Assembly: GCA_963666205.1 (NCBI GenBank)
Contig: OY762654.1
Coordinates: 1,536,001-1,600,000 of the forward strand
From: Synergistales bacterium
GTDB lineage: Bacteria; Synergistota; Synergistia; Synergistales; JAFGMB01
Direction of reading: 5' to 3'
DNA: 64,000 bases
In this document: positions 47,838 through 57,365 of the stretch, one piece after another
How positions within the stretch are numbered: the stretch's first letter is position 1
How the letters are laid out: each line of letters opens with the position of its first letter
Notes under the pieces: model-generated
Database searches by the model: none
Told to the model about the DNA's origin: nothing
What the model saw: only the letters and a program-made list of their open reading frames with translations
Translations under genes and position numbers: made by a program

Positions 47838-48970
47838 ACCTCCCTGACTGCTGCAAAGATCTCCTCAGGGGAATGCACAAGACCCCTGTTCTTGGTTATC
47901 CTTGCTGTCCTGCAGTTTCCTCCGCATACCCTTTCAATTTCTCCTGCATATTTACCTATGTTCATCTCTACGCTGATCACCATTTTTACCTGCTTCGACA
48001 CTTCAAGGATCTGTCTTTCCGGCACTGGCCAGACTGTCTCAAGCTTTAACAGACCTGCCTTTATTCCGTTCTCTCTTGCCATTTCAACGGCGTCGAAACA
48101 GGGACGGGTCTCACTTCCGTAGGCCACCAGGACTAGTTCGGCGTCGTCCAGGTAGAATCCTTTCGTGGTACAGATCTTCTCCCTGTTTTCCGTTATCTTG
48201 CCGGTGATCCTTTTGTAAAGGCTTTCAAAGACATCTTCATCCCAGTCTATGGAACCTTCTTCCGAATGGGGATTAAGGGAATATACGGTGTGGTAGCCTT
48301 CTCCAAGGGCCGCAAAGTCCGGTACCCCATAGGGGGTGGCCTTGAAGGGCAGATATTCCTCGGGAGTGGAAGTGGTGTACTTCCTGTTCACTATCTCTAT
48401 CTCTTCCGCCCTGGGTATGTCGAGCCTTTCCCTCATCAGCGCTATGGTCGTCTCTGACATCACTATTACGGGGGTCCGATATTCTTCAGCCAGGTTAAAG
48501 GCCCTGACCGTGAAGTCGAATAGTTCCTGCACTGAGGACGGGGCAAGAACGATGAGTTCCGAATCTCCGCTGTGACCCCATTTCATCTGCATTACGTCCG
48601 CCTGAGTGGCAAAATTCTCGCCCCGGCATCTCTGTACATCAACTATTACCAGGGGTGCCTCTACTGCTACTGCATAGCCGATCCCTTCCTGCATATAGTT
48701 GAATCCTGCACTGGCCGTAGCCGTCATGGCCTTGGCTCCTGCCAGGGATGCTCCCGACAGGGCATAGATCGAACAAAGCTCATCCTCTCCCTGGAGAAAC
48801 CTCCCACCCAATGCGGGAAGCCTTTTGGACATCCTCTCGGATATTTCATTGGCCGGTGTTATCGGGTAGCCTGCAAAAAAATCGCAGCCCGCTGCCAACG
48901 CGCCTTCTACTGCTGCATAATTTCCTACCATAAAGTGAGTCCCCGTAAGAACTCGCTGCTCTTTTGTCAA
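47828..48970 (-). CDS. 2-oxoacid:ferredoxin oxidoreductase alpha subunit
   Basis: AGYPITP, EDE and EMN motifs. Confidence 0.95.
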   Translation of the reverse strand: MTKEQRVLTGTHFMVGNYAAVEGALAAGCDFFAGYPITPANEISERMSKRLPALGGRFLQGEDELCSIYALSGASLAGAKAMTATASAGFNYMQEGIGYAVAVEAPLVIVDVQRCRGENFATQADVMQMKWGHSGDSELIVLAPSSVQELFDFTVRAFNLAEEYRTPVIVMSETTIALMRERLDIPRAEEIEIVNRKYTTSTPEEYLPFKATPYGVPDFAALGEGYHTVYSLNPHSEEGSIDWDEDVFESLYKRITGKITENREKICTTKGFYLDDAELVLVAYGSETRPCFDAVEMARENGIKAGLLKLETVWPVPERQILEVSKQVKMVISVEMNIGKYAGEIERVCGGNCRTARITKNRGLVHSPEEIFAAVREVWK

Positions 48971-49099
48971 TACTTTCGCCCCTTTCTGAAAAAATTAAAT
49001 TCCTGAACTCAAACAGCATCCCGGTCGTAATAAACAGGTCGATTCTTCGATACTCAAAATACAATGGAGGGTCAAAAGGAGTACCCCTTCCAATAACAC

Positions 49100-49138
49100 A
49101 AATTACCATGCACTATGTATTTTGTCAAATGTCAAATG
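49100..49138 (-). promoter_or_regulatory. Promoter/operator of the oxidoreductase operon
   Basis: Minus strand TTGACA, 17 bp, TAATTT; overlaps ATGTATTTTGTCAAATGTCAAATG, shared 22/24 with 52866-52889. Confidence 0.65.
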
Positions 49139-49168
49139 TTTAATCGTGGAGGGGAAATAGTAGTTCAG

Positions 49169-49217
49169 GAAATACACAAGAGGACAGGCTGATGAAGCCT
49201 GTCCTCTTGTGTATTTC
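49169..49217. terminator. Perfect 22-bp-stem hairpin after tctC
   Basis: GAAATACACAAGAGGACAGGCT-GATGA-AGCCTGTCCTCTTGTGTATTTC. Confidence 0.8.
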
Positions 49218-49242
49218 AATAATATTTTTAAAGTCCGGGATC

Positions 49243-50214
49243 TTACTTTGTCTGTTTGTACATACCCATATCGATGATCATTTCCATAAAGAACTTGCTC
49301 TGTTCTTTCATTAACTGCTTTGATTCTTCTGGCCCTAGTGCAAGGGGAACAGAACCGGACTCTTTCATGTACTTCTGATATTTTTCACCCTCAGCTGCTG
49401 CTTTAAAAGCCTGGTAGAGGGTTTCGACCACATCTTTCGGCGTTCCCTTGGGAGCTATGACCTGTCGATAGTTATCAATGGTGATGTTATACCCCTGTTC
49501 AATATAAGTCGGGACTTCAGGGAAGGCTTCAAGCCTTTCCTTGCTCATGACGCCCAGAGGCCTTATTTTACCTGCCTCGTATAAGGAACGACCAGTAACC
49601 GGTGCTGCCTGGCATGCGTCTACGTGACCTCCGGCAACAAGTTCAGGACCCTTTGATTCCCCGCCTGATTGACTGGCGATACGAAACTTGACACCGGCTT
49701 CCTTTTCGAGGAGAAGGAGGCCAAATCTGGTTATGGAACCCGGATTTGAGGCCGCTACAGTAATAGTTTCCGGAGCCTTGCGGGCAGCTTCCACAAATTC
49801 TTCAAGCGTTTTCCATGGCGCATCTTCCTTAACCCAGATGGCGCCTGGATCAGTGTTAAAAGTCATTATCGGTTCAAATGATTCATAACCAATTGGAATA
49901 TTGCCAAGATGTTTATGTGTGGATATGGTACCTGTTGTATTTCCAATGGTATATCCATTCGGTCTTGATTTTGAGATTTCAAGATAGGACTTGGCTCCTG
50001 AACCACCAGGCTTGTTCACAATTACGATTGGCTGTCCCAGGTGTTTCTCCGCCTCTCCGCAAAGAACCCTGCTGACCAGGTCAGATCCTCCTCCAGTGCT
50101 CCAGCCTATAAGGAACGTTACGGGTTTTGAGGGGAAATCCGCCGCTACTGCGGCACCGGCAACAAACAATACCAAAGACATTGTTAGTAATACAGTCAAT
50201 TTTGCTCTTCTCAT
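49243..50214 (-). CDS. tctC: Tripartite tricarboxylate transporter substrate-binding protein
   Basis: FPSKPV, GGGSD, VNKPGGSG and PEVPT motifs; signal peptide. Confidence 0.93.
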   Translation of the reverse strand: MRRAKLTVLLTMSLVLFVAGAAVAADFPSKPVTFLIGWSTGGGSDLVSRVLCGEAEKHLGQPIVIVNKPGGSGAKSYLEISKSRPNGYTIGNTTGTISTHKHLGNIPIGYESFEPIMTFNTDPGAIWVKEDAPWKTLEEFVEAARKAPETITVAASNPGSITRFGLLLLEKEAGVKFRIASQSGGESKGPELVAGGHVDACQAAPVTGRSLYEAGKIRPLGVMSKERLEAFPEVPTYIEQGYNITIDNYRQVIAPKGTPKDVVETLYQAFKAAAEGEKYQKYMKESGSVPLALGPEESKQLMKEQSKFFMEMIIDMGMYKQTK

Positions 50215-50269
50215 TTTTCTTCCTCCTTTAAAATATTCTTCTTCATCTGTAACAGAGACTGATAGCAAC

Positions 50270-51787
50270 TCATGCATCTTCTTCTACTGATTCTTCCATT
50301 CGGGAAGATAATGATCCCTTTTTCCTCTTATGTTTCTGCCATAATGGGAACAGGATCACTAAAACAGTCAACAATATAAGCACCACAGATATGGGTCGGT
50401 GAAGGAATACAGCCATACCCTCATCTGTTATTTCCAGGGTGCTTCTAAGATTTGTTTCAACCATGGGACCCAGGATAAGACCCAGAATTATGGGTGGCGG
50501 CTTAATCCCAAACTGCTTTAACAGGAAGCCGACACCTCCAAAGATCACCATTATTCCAACATCAAAATAACTGTTCTGGAGGGCGTATGCCCCCACAACA
50601 CATAAAAGAGTAATGATAGGAAGCATAATCGTTTTCCTGATGGAAATAATGTAGGGAGCTGCCCCTGCCATCAGCAGACCTACAAACAACATTGCAAACT
50701 GGGCCAGCATTAGCCCGATGAACATGGTATAGACAAGGACCGTTTCATTAACAAAAAGCATGGGACCTGGCCTTAAATTGTGGATAAGCAAAGCTCCAAG
50801 GAGAATTGCCGCAGGAGAACTGCCTGGAATTCCAAGGGTGAGAAGAGGAACAAGTGAACCTCCTACAGCTGCATTATTTGCAGACTCTGCAGCTATAAGC
50901 CCATCAGGAATTCCAGTGCCGAAGCGTTCCGGTTCTTTCGAAGTCTGCATTGCCTGGTTATAGCTTATGATGGATGCAATGGTCCCTCCTGCTCCAGGAA
51001 GAACTCCAACTATTGTGCCGATAATACTTGACGGGATAAACCTGGAGAAAAGGAGTTTCATGTCGTCCTTGCCCGGAATAACACTTCCCACCTTCTGGAT
51101 GGCGGAAGTTACCAGATCAAGTTCCAGGCATTGGGTCAGGATCTCCGTCAGGCCGAACATCCCTATTACTATGGGGACATAGCTTATCCCGGACATAAGA
51201 TCAATCTGTCCGAAAGTAAAGCGGGGCATATTTGTAAAGGGATCAAATCCCACTGTAGCAAGAAGGAGCCCTATGGTTACTCCTATAAAACCTCTTATAT
51301 AGGACTTACTGGAAACGGCTACGATAGCACTTAATCCGAAAAGGGCCAGCATGGTATATTCTGCAGGTCCGAACTTCAGTGCAAAGTTAGCGAGCCATGG
51401 AGCAATGACGATCAGGCATACAACACCGAATATTCCTCCCAGGGTGGAAGCAAAGCTCGAAAGACCTATTGCCCTGCCTGCTTCTCCTCTTTGTGCCATG
51501 GGATAACCGTCAAGTGCAGTCATTACTGCCGGCGGAGCTCCGGGAATGTTAAGCAGTATCGCGGAAAATGAACCTCCATATATTGCCCCTACGTACATAC
51601 CCAGAAGCATTAATATGCCATGGGCAGGATCCATGTAAAAAGTTATAGGCAGCATGACCGCCAGTCCCATTGTGGCAGAAAGCCCGGGAAGAGCACCCAC
51701 AACTATCCCGAGAGCCGTCCCTCCAAAAATGAAAAGGAGCATAAGGGGACTGAATACTGTCTGCATGGCAGAGAAAAAATAATCCAT
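50270..51787 (-). CDS. tctA: Tripartite tricarboxylate transporter large permease
   Basis: GALPGLSAT, ILLNIPG, DGYPMA and ESANNA motifs. Confidence 0.96.
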   Translation of the reverse strand: MDYFFSAMQTVFSPLMLLFIFGGTALGIVVGALPGLSATMGLAVMLPITFYMDPAHGILMLLGMYVGAIYGGSFSAILLNIPGAPPAVMTALDGYPMAQRGEAGRAIGLSSFASTLGGIFGVVCLIVIAPWLANFALKFGPAEYTMLALFGLSAIVAVSSKSYIRGFIGVTIGLLLATVGFDPFTNMPRFTFGQIDLMSGISYVPIVIGMFGLTEILTQCLELDLVTSAIQKVGSVIPGKDDMKLLFSRFIPSSIIGTIVGVLPGAGGTIASIISYNQAMQTSKEPERFGTGIPDGLIAAESANNAAVGGSLVPLLTLGIPGSSPAAILLGALLIHNLRPGPMLFVNETVLVYTMFIGLMLAQFAMLFVGLLMAGAAPYIISIRKTIMLPIITLLCVVGAYALQNSYFDVGIMVIFGGVGFLLKQFGIKPPPIILGLILGPMVETNLRSTLEITDEGMAVFLHRPISVVLILLTVLVILFPLWQKHKRKKGSLSSRMEESVEEDA

Positions 51788-51840
51788 AAAAGTTCTCCTC
51801 CTAAATACCGGTAATACGATGTTGTATCGACATCATGCTG

Positions 51841-52335
51841 CTAATTCATCCATAATGGCAATGGAAGTGGGACTCGAAAAAGAAGCGCGAATATGGCATA
51901 CATGACAAGAGAGACTGTTATCGCATTAAGAGCTAAGAACCAGACCTTCCTCTCCCCCAGAAAATACTGAACGATGGAAATGAAAATAATTGCTCCAGGG
52001 ATAAAACCGGTAAATCTCATTCCCCATGCAAAAACGATCACAGTGACAAGAATGGAGATCATACGATAGGTACCGCTGCAGTGAAATTTAAAACAGAATA
52101 TTGGAGATTCTTCCTTTTTCAAACCATGCCATACCAGAAGACTGCTTAAAAAAAGCAGAAGAGCCCCCAGAGAATAGGGGAAAAAGGTTGGAGAAATTCC
52201 CCTGTATCCCGCATCCTCATTCGGGAAATGCCATACCATCCAGAGTATCCAGATACTGAAAATGACCAGTATCGAGCCAATGAATGTAGCTCCATTTCTT
52301 AATAAACTGATCTTGAACTTCCTCGAGGTATTCAT
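51841..52335 (-). CDS. tctB: Tripartite tricarboxylate transporter small permease
   Basis: 4 TM segments, PTFFP and FRVPLP motifs. Confidence 0.88.
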   Translation of the reverse strand: MNTSRKFKISLLRNGATFIGSILVIFSIWILWMVWHFPNEDAGYRGISPTFFPYSLGALLLFLSSLLVWHGLKKEESPIFCFKFHCSGTYRMISILVTVIVFAWGMRFTGFIPGAIIFISIVQYFLGERKVWFLALNAITVSLVMYAIFALLFRVPLPLPLWMN

Positions 52336-52344
52336 TATTATCGC

Positions 52345-52761
52345 CTAAGATAGATCTGCCCTGACATCCTCTTCTGGCACACCCTTTTCAGGTTCTTTAC
52401 GTTTCTGATCACAAAGCTGCAATCTCCATCCATCGGGATCTCGGAAACGAACATTACCTCTTCCTGTATGCCGATTCCGATAAGGCTCAGTATCGAATTT
52501 AATCCCTTTACTGACAAGTTCTTCATATGTAACTACTACATCATCAGCCCTGAATGCTATATGGTTCACACCTATGTTTTCTTCATCTATGACTGTATGT
52601 ATCTCAAAGACCGGCTGATTTTCTCCAGGTAGCTGAAGTTCTGCAGAACCTCCATGATGATCGGTCCACTTGATCAGCTTAAAACCGAGTTTCTGGAAAA
52701 ATTCAACGTGAACATTTACATCCTTAACGATGAGCTCAATATGATCTAACTGCGTTATCAT
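52345..52761 (-). CDS. VOC/glyoxalase-family protein
   Basis: LDHIELIV, NHIAF and FRDPDG motifs. Confidence 0.9.
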   Translation of the reverse strand: MITQLDHIELIVKDVNVHVEFFQKLGFKLIKWTDHHGGSAELQLPGENQPVFEIHTVIDEENIGVNHIAFRADDVVVTYEELVSKGIKFDTEPYRNRHTGRGNVRFRDPDGWRLQLCDQKRKEPEKGVPEEDVRADLS

Positions 52762-52850
52762 CAATATTTCCTCCCCTGATTCCTTTGAATAATTTTCGGA
52801 TCTTCTGAAACATGAACTTACTGTTATTGAAAATATAATCAATCAGATGT

Positions 52851-52889
52851 ATGATATGTTATCAAATGTATTATGTCAAATGTCACATG
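52851..52889 (-). promoter_or_regulatory. Promoter/operator of the VOC-tct operon
   Basis: Minus strand TTGACA (52879-52874), 17 bp, TATCAT (52856-52851); heptad-repeat motif ATGTATTATGTCAAATGTCACATG. Confidence 0.7.
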
Positions 52890-53006
52890 CCGGAATGGGC
52901 CCGTTTTTGGTAAAATATACTACCGGTGAGTAGTTATGGTATTATTCTGATTTGTTACATGTTTTTTCTTAAACGTTAAAAGATTAAAGAAAAGGATTTG
53001 GGAGAA

Positions 53007-53687
53007 ATGGCTGCTAAGAAAATATTTCATTCGTTAGGTGACCAGATCTTTGAAACTCTCAAAGAAATGATCGTGAACAATGATGTCGAACCGGGAGAGA
53101 TGCTTCAGATAGAGAGACTTGCTTCCGAGTTTGGAGTCAGTACTACTCCAATTCGTGAGGCTCTCACAAGACTCCAGTCTCTGGGTCTGGTTAAACAGGT
53201 TCGCAACAAAGGCGCCATAGTAACCCCTATAAGCGATAAAATGGCTCATGATGCATGGGAATTCAGAAGGGTTCTTGAAATATATGTTGTGGGATCTGCA
53301 GTAAATAAATGCACTCCCGAAGAACTTGAAAAAATGAGGGACCTTCTGAATAAGGTTCTTGAGGATACATCTGATTTTGATCTTTACAAAAAATCTGATC
53401 GTGAAATGCATAAACTTCTGCATAAATACTGCGATAATGAACTTATCAACAATTCCTTCGAACAGGTAAGCGATCTTGCACAGAGGGTTCGTTATTTCGC
53501 AGAGAGTTCTCCATGGAGAGACGAAGTTATCATTTCAGTGACCAATGAACATCTCCTGATTGTCGAATCCATGGTAAAACGAGATATTGAGATGACCCGG
53601 AAACATCTTCTTCAGCACCTTGTGAACGCTGAAAGAAGAACAATGAGAGCACTGGAAAGACTTCAGCAGGTCGAGGCAGAAGTCTGA
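53007..53687 (+). CDS. GntR/FCD-family regulator
   Basis: LASEFGVSTTPIREAL wHTH; D..MH, N and EH FCD motifs; divergent from the tct operon. Confidence 0.95.
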   Translation: MAAKKIFHSLGDQIFETLKEMIVNNDVEPGEMLQIERLASEFGVSTTPIREALTRLQSLGLVKQVRNKGAIVTPISDKMAHDAWEFRRVLEIYVVGSAVNKCTPEELEKMRDLLNKVLEDTSDFDLYKKSDREMHKLLHKYCDNELINNSFEQVSDLAQRVRYFAESSPWRDEVIISVTNEHLLIVESMVKRDIEMTRKHLLQHLVNAERRTMRALERLQQVEAEV

Positions 53688-53745
53688 TCCTGGAGAATAC
53701 TTAAAAGGGTCACATTGATACATCACTATACAAAGGATTAAAAAC

Positions 53746-53781
53746 AGGAAGGGACTTTCCCGATCGGGAAAGTCCCTTCCT
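53746..53781. terminator. Perfect 36-bp palindrome between convergent genes
   Basis: AGGAAGGGACTTTCCCGA|TCGGGAAAGTCCCTTCCT. Confidence 0.8.
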
Positions 53782-53888
53782 TATATAGTATAAAGAATAT
53801 CCGACTTATCTGCTTAAAACTGGAAAAGATCATGGCAGGCAGACGCGGTATTAATGCCATATATTTTTTTATACCCGGAATCAACAGG

Positions 53889-54605
53889 TCAGGAGATTGT
53901 TTTTCCCAGGTAGGCTTCCTGGACAACGCTGCTCCGCAAAAGCTCTTCGGCACTTCCCTGGAGGACTACATTTCCTCTTTCAAGGACATATCCCCTATGA
54001 GAAACAGATAATGCTATCTCTGCGTTCTGTTCCACGAGAAGGATGGAAATTCCCTGACTGTTTATCCTGACTATGTTATCAAATACTTCATCCACGATCA
54101 CCGGAGCAAGACCCATGGATGGTTCATCAAGGAGCAACAGGTCGGGACGGCTCATAAGCCCCCTGGCCATGACAAGCATCTGCTGCTCTCCCCCGGACAA
54201 TGTTCCGGCTATCTGTTTTATCCTTTCTTTCAAACGGGGGAACAGGGAAAAAGCCTTCTCCATATCCTCTTCAATTTCAGACCCGTTTTTTCTTGTATAT
54301 GCTCCCATTACAAGATTTTCCCTGACAGTAAGATCCGAAAATACATGTCTTCCTTCAGGGACATGGCCAATACCTGATTCAACTATTTTATGCGCCGGGA
54401 CGGAGGAGATCTCTTTGTTTTTGAAGATAACACTTCCGGAATGAATGGGAATAATATTCGAGATGGCAGACAATGTACTGGTTTTTCCGGCACCATTTGC
54501 TCCCAGAAGGGCAACTATCTCTCCGGCCTCAATGTTAAAAGAGATCCCCTGGACTGCATGGATCACGCCATAATACACATTAAGATCTTTAACTGTGAAT
54601 AACAT
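53889..54605 (-). CDS. livF: Branched-chain amino acid ABC transporter ATPase
   Basis: GANGAGKT, LSGGEQQM and DEPSMGLAP motifs. Confidence 0.95.
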   Translation of the reverse strand: MLFTVKDLNVYYGVIHAVQGISFNIEAGEIVALLGANGAGKTSTLSAISNIIPIHSGSVIFKNKEISSVPAHKIVESGIGHVPEGRHVFSDLTVRENLVMGAYTRKNGSEIEEDMEKAFSLFPRLKERIKQIAGTLSGGEQQMLVMARGLMSRPDLLLLDEPSMGLAPVIVDEVFDNIVRINSQGISILLVEQNAEIALSVSHRGYVLERGNVVLQGSAEELLRSSVVQEAYLGKTIS

Positions 54606-55374
54606 GACTTGATCTCCGTTTTCCTAAATATGCCTCAATCACATGGGGATCCTTCTGAACGTGATCAGGAGAACCCCTTGAAATTATCTTTCCGAAATTC
54701 ATTACTGCAATTCTTTCGCTCAAATTCATTACCAGACCCATCTGGTGTTCGATCAATAATATACCGAGAGAAAAATGCTCCCTGGAAAAGCGGATCAATT
54801 CAACAAGAGAATGAATTTCCCCGAGGGTCATCCCTGCAGCAGGTTCATCCAGAAGGAGTATTTTGGGCGTGATGGCGAGAGCACGCGCAATTTCGAGCCT
54901 TCGCTGCTGTCCATAGGGAAGGTTCCCCGCCAGTTCATCTGCCCGCCCTTCCAGACCGAACAGTTCAAGCATATGAAAGACCTTTTCACGAATAAGCTTT
55001 TCACCTTTTTTGAAGCTGCTATTTCGAATAACAGCTTCGAAAGAGCTGTATCCTGCCAACCGGTGGAAAGCTATCTCAAGATTTCGAAATACTGTCAGAT
55101 CCTTAAAGAGCCTGATATTCTGGAAGGTCCTTGCTATGCCCTTTTCTGCTATCCGGCTTGTTTTCTGCCCGATAAGGTTTTCGCCATCGAGCACAACACT
55201 TCCTTTAGAGGGGGGGTAGATCCCCGTAATGATATTAAAAACAGTTGTTTTTCCAGCTCCATTGGGACCGATCAATGCAACGATCTCTCCTGAATCAACG
55301 TCCAGGGAGAAATCGCTTACTGCAGTCAGACCTCCAAACTGTATGCTTATATCGCTGATCTTCAATAAACTCAA
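54589..55374 (-). CDS. livG: Branched-chain amino acid ABC transporter ATPase
   Basis: GPNGAGKT, LPYGQQRRLE and DEPAAG motifs. Confidence 0.95.
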   Translation of the reverse strand: MSLLKISDISIQFGGLTAVSDFSLDVDSGEIVALIGPNGAGKTTVFNIITGIYPPSKGSVVLDGENLIGQKTSRIAEKGIARTFQNIRLFKDLTVFRNLEIAFHRLAGYSSFEAVIRNSSFKKGEKLIREKVFHMLELFGLEGRADELAGNLPYGQQRRLEIARALAITPKILLLDEPAAGMTLGEIHSLVELIRFSREHFSLGILLIEHQMGLVMNLSERIAVMNFGKIISRGSPDHVQKDPHVIEAYLGKRRSSHVIHS

Positions 55375-55375
55375 T

Positions 55376-56353
55376 TTACTCCCCTCCCGTTCTGGTGCAC
55401 CACAGGAAAAAGCGTCTTTGTAAATACTTCAAGGGGTCCCTGCTTATGAAGATGATCAATAAAAGAGGATACAGGATCAGTCGAAGATCCTGGGAAAACC
55501 TTAATAATTCAGGAAGGACGGTAAGACCTATTCCTGCAATTACAGATCCGACGATACTTCCCATACCTCCTACGACGACCATAAGAAGGATCTCTATTGA
55601 CTTTATAAAGGTATATTGGGTTGGATGGGCCAGCTGGATCAGGTGTACAAGCATCCCTCCAGCCAGTGCAGCAAAAAAACAGCCGATAACAAGGGCATGG
55701 AGCTTGACTTTCAAGCTGTCAATACCCAGCGATTCTGCTGCAATTTCATCTCCAAGGATGGCTTCACAGTTCCGCCCCCTTGAAGAATGTATATATCTGC
55801 TTATGAAAACAACACTTATCCATGCGAGGAAGATCAGACTCCAGAGGTTACTGAGTTTTGGTATTCCATAAAAACCCCTTGGACCTCCCAGAAAATCCAG
55901 ATTATTCAAAGCCACTACTACTATCTGATTGAAACCCAGGGTCGCAATACAAAGGTAATCACCCGTGAGACGCAGGATTATCAAACCCAAAAAAAAGGCA
56001 ATCACTGCAGCGGCAAGGGCTCCGATCATAAGACTCAGAAGAAACAGAACAGTGCCTGAAAAAAAACCGGCTCCAGGTTTAAGGTGGAATACAGCTTTGG
56101 TCAAAAAGGCAGAAATATAGGCACCTACTGCCATAAAACCTGCATGCCCAAGAGAAAACTGCCCGGTTATGCCCGTTATCAGGTTCAGACTGAGGGTAAG
56201 GATCACATTACATAAACCCACCATTAAAACGAACATGATATATGGCGAAACCACCTGGAATCTGTCCAGGAAGATAAGGATGAGGGTCAGGATAAATGCA
56301 GTCACTGGCCATTTATATTTTACAAGAGATTGATAATTGAGGACTGATCCCAT
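55376..56353 (-). CDS. livM: Branched-chain amino acid ABC transporter permease
   Basis: GQFSLGHAGF and GDYLCIATLG motifs. Confidence 0.93.
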   Translation of the reverse strand: MGSVLNYQSLVKYKWPVTAFILTLILIFLDRFQVVSPYIMFVLMVGLCNVILTLSLNLITGITGQFSLGHAGFMAVGAYISAFLTKAVFHLKPGAGFFSGTVLFLLSLMIGALAAAVIAFFLGLIILRLTGDYLCIATLGFNQIVVVALNNLDFLGGPRGFYGIPKLSNLWSLIFLAWISVVFISRYIHSSRGRNCEAILGDEIAAESLGIDSLKVKLHALVIGCFFAALAGGMLVHLIQLAHPTQYTFIKSIEILLMVVVGGMGSIVGSVIAGIGLTVLPELLRFSQDLRLILYPLLLIIFISRDPLKYLQRRFFLWCTRTGGE

Positions 56354-56355
56354 CT

Positions 56356-57252
56356 CTACACCTTCTCCCTGGTACTTTTACCGAAGAGTCCAAAAGGTCT
56401 TATCAGCAATACAACGAGCAGCAGAAGGAAAAAAACCCCTTCGGCCATCTGTGAATTAACAGCCGTAGCAGCGGTTTCTATGATTCCCATAAGCATTCCC
56501 CCCACCATGGCTCCGGGAATACTTCCAATTCCTCCAAAAACAGCAGCAATAAATGCCTTTAATCCGGGCATTATCCCCATATAGGGACTTAAGCGAGGAT
56601 AAGTTATTGCGGTGAGTACCCCCGCGGCACCTGCCAGGGCTCCTCCGAGGGCAAATGTGGCCGAGATGACCCTCTCTACATTTACACCCATAAGCTTTGC
56701 CCCTTTAGGATCAAGAGAGACCGCCCGCATGGCAATACCAAGTTTTGTTTTCTTGATAATGAACCAAAGCATAAGCATCAGGCTTATTGCCATTACCAGG
56801 TTTATTATCTGAATGTTTGTAATAATAATGTTTTCGGTTAATGAAAAATTTTTGACATTTATTACATCTGGAAAACGTCTGAAACTCGGCCCAATGAATG
56901 GAAGGGCCCTGCAGCCATTCTCCAGGAGTAAAGAAACACCCATTGCGGTGATCAATGCCTTTAACCTGGGCTGGGACCTAAGGGGTTTATATGCAACTTT
57001 ATCCATGATAATAGCTCCCAGTGCACCAACCGCCATGGATGCCACAAAAGCAACGGGCAAAGGAACATGCAGGTTAACCAGAAAATATGCTACATATGCG
57101 GCGATCATCAGAAGATCACCATGAGCAAAATTTATAAGTTTCAGAATTCCATAGACCATTGTGTATCCCAATGCCATGAGGGCATAAATGGCGCCAAGCT
57201 GTATACCATTGATAAGCTGAATAATAACTAATTCCATATGACAAAGCACCAT
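56356..57252 (-). CDS. livH: Branched-chain amino acid ABC transporter permease
   Basis: ALGYTMVYGILKLINFAHG motif. Confidence 0.94.
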   Translation of the reverse strand: MVLCHMELVIIQLINGIQLGAIYALMALGYTMVYGILKLINFAHGDLLMIAAYVAYFLVNLHVPLPVAFVASMAVGALGAIIMDKVAYKPLRSQPRLKALITAMGVSLLLENGCRALPFIGPSFRRFPDVINVKNFSLTENIIITNIQIINLVMAISLMLMLWFIIKKTKLGIAMRAVSLDPKGAKLMGVNVERVISATFALGGALAGAAGVLTAITYPRLSPYMGIMPGLKAFIAAVFGGIGSIPGAMVGGMLMGIIETAATAVNSQMAEGVFFLLLLVVLLIRPFGLFGKSTREKV

Positions 57253-57365
57253 CCTTAAAACCAGGGATCCTGTTCAGGATTCATAGATCACATCAACAGG
57301 ATCCCTGAACTATTTAATAACTCTTTTCTGACACCAGGAACGATGCAGGAAGAGATGTCAGAATG

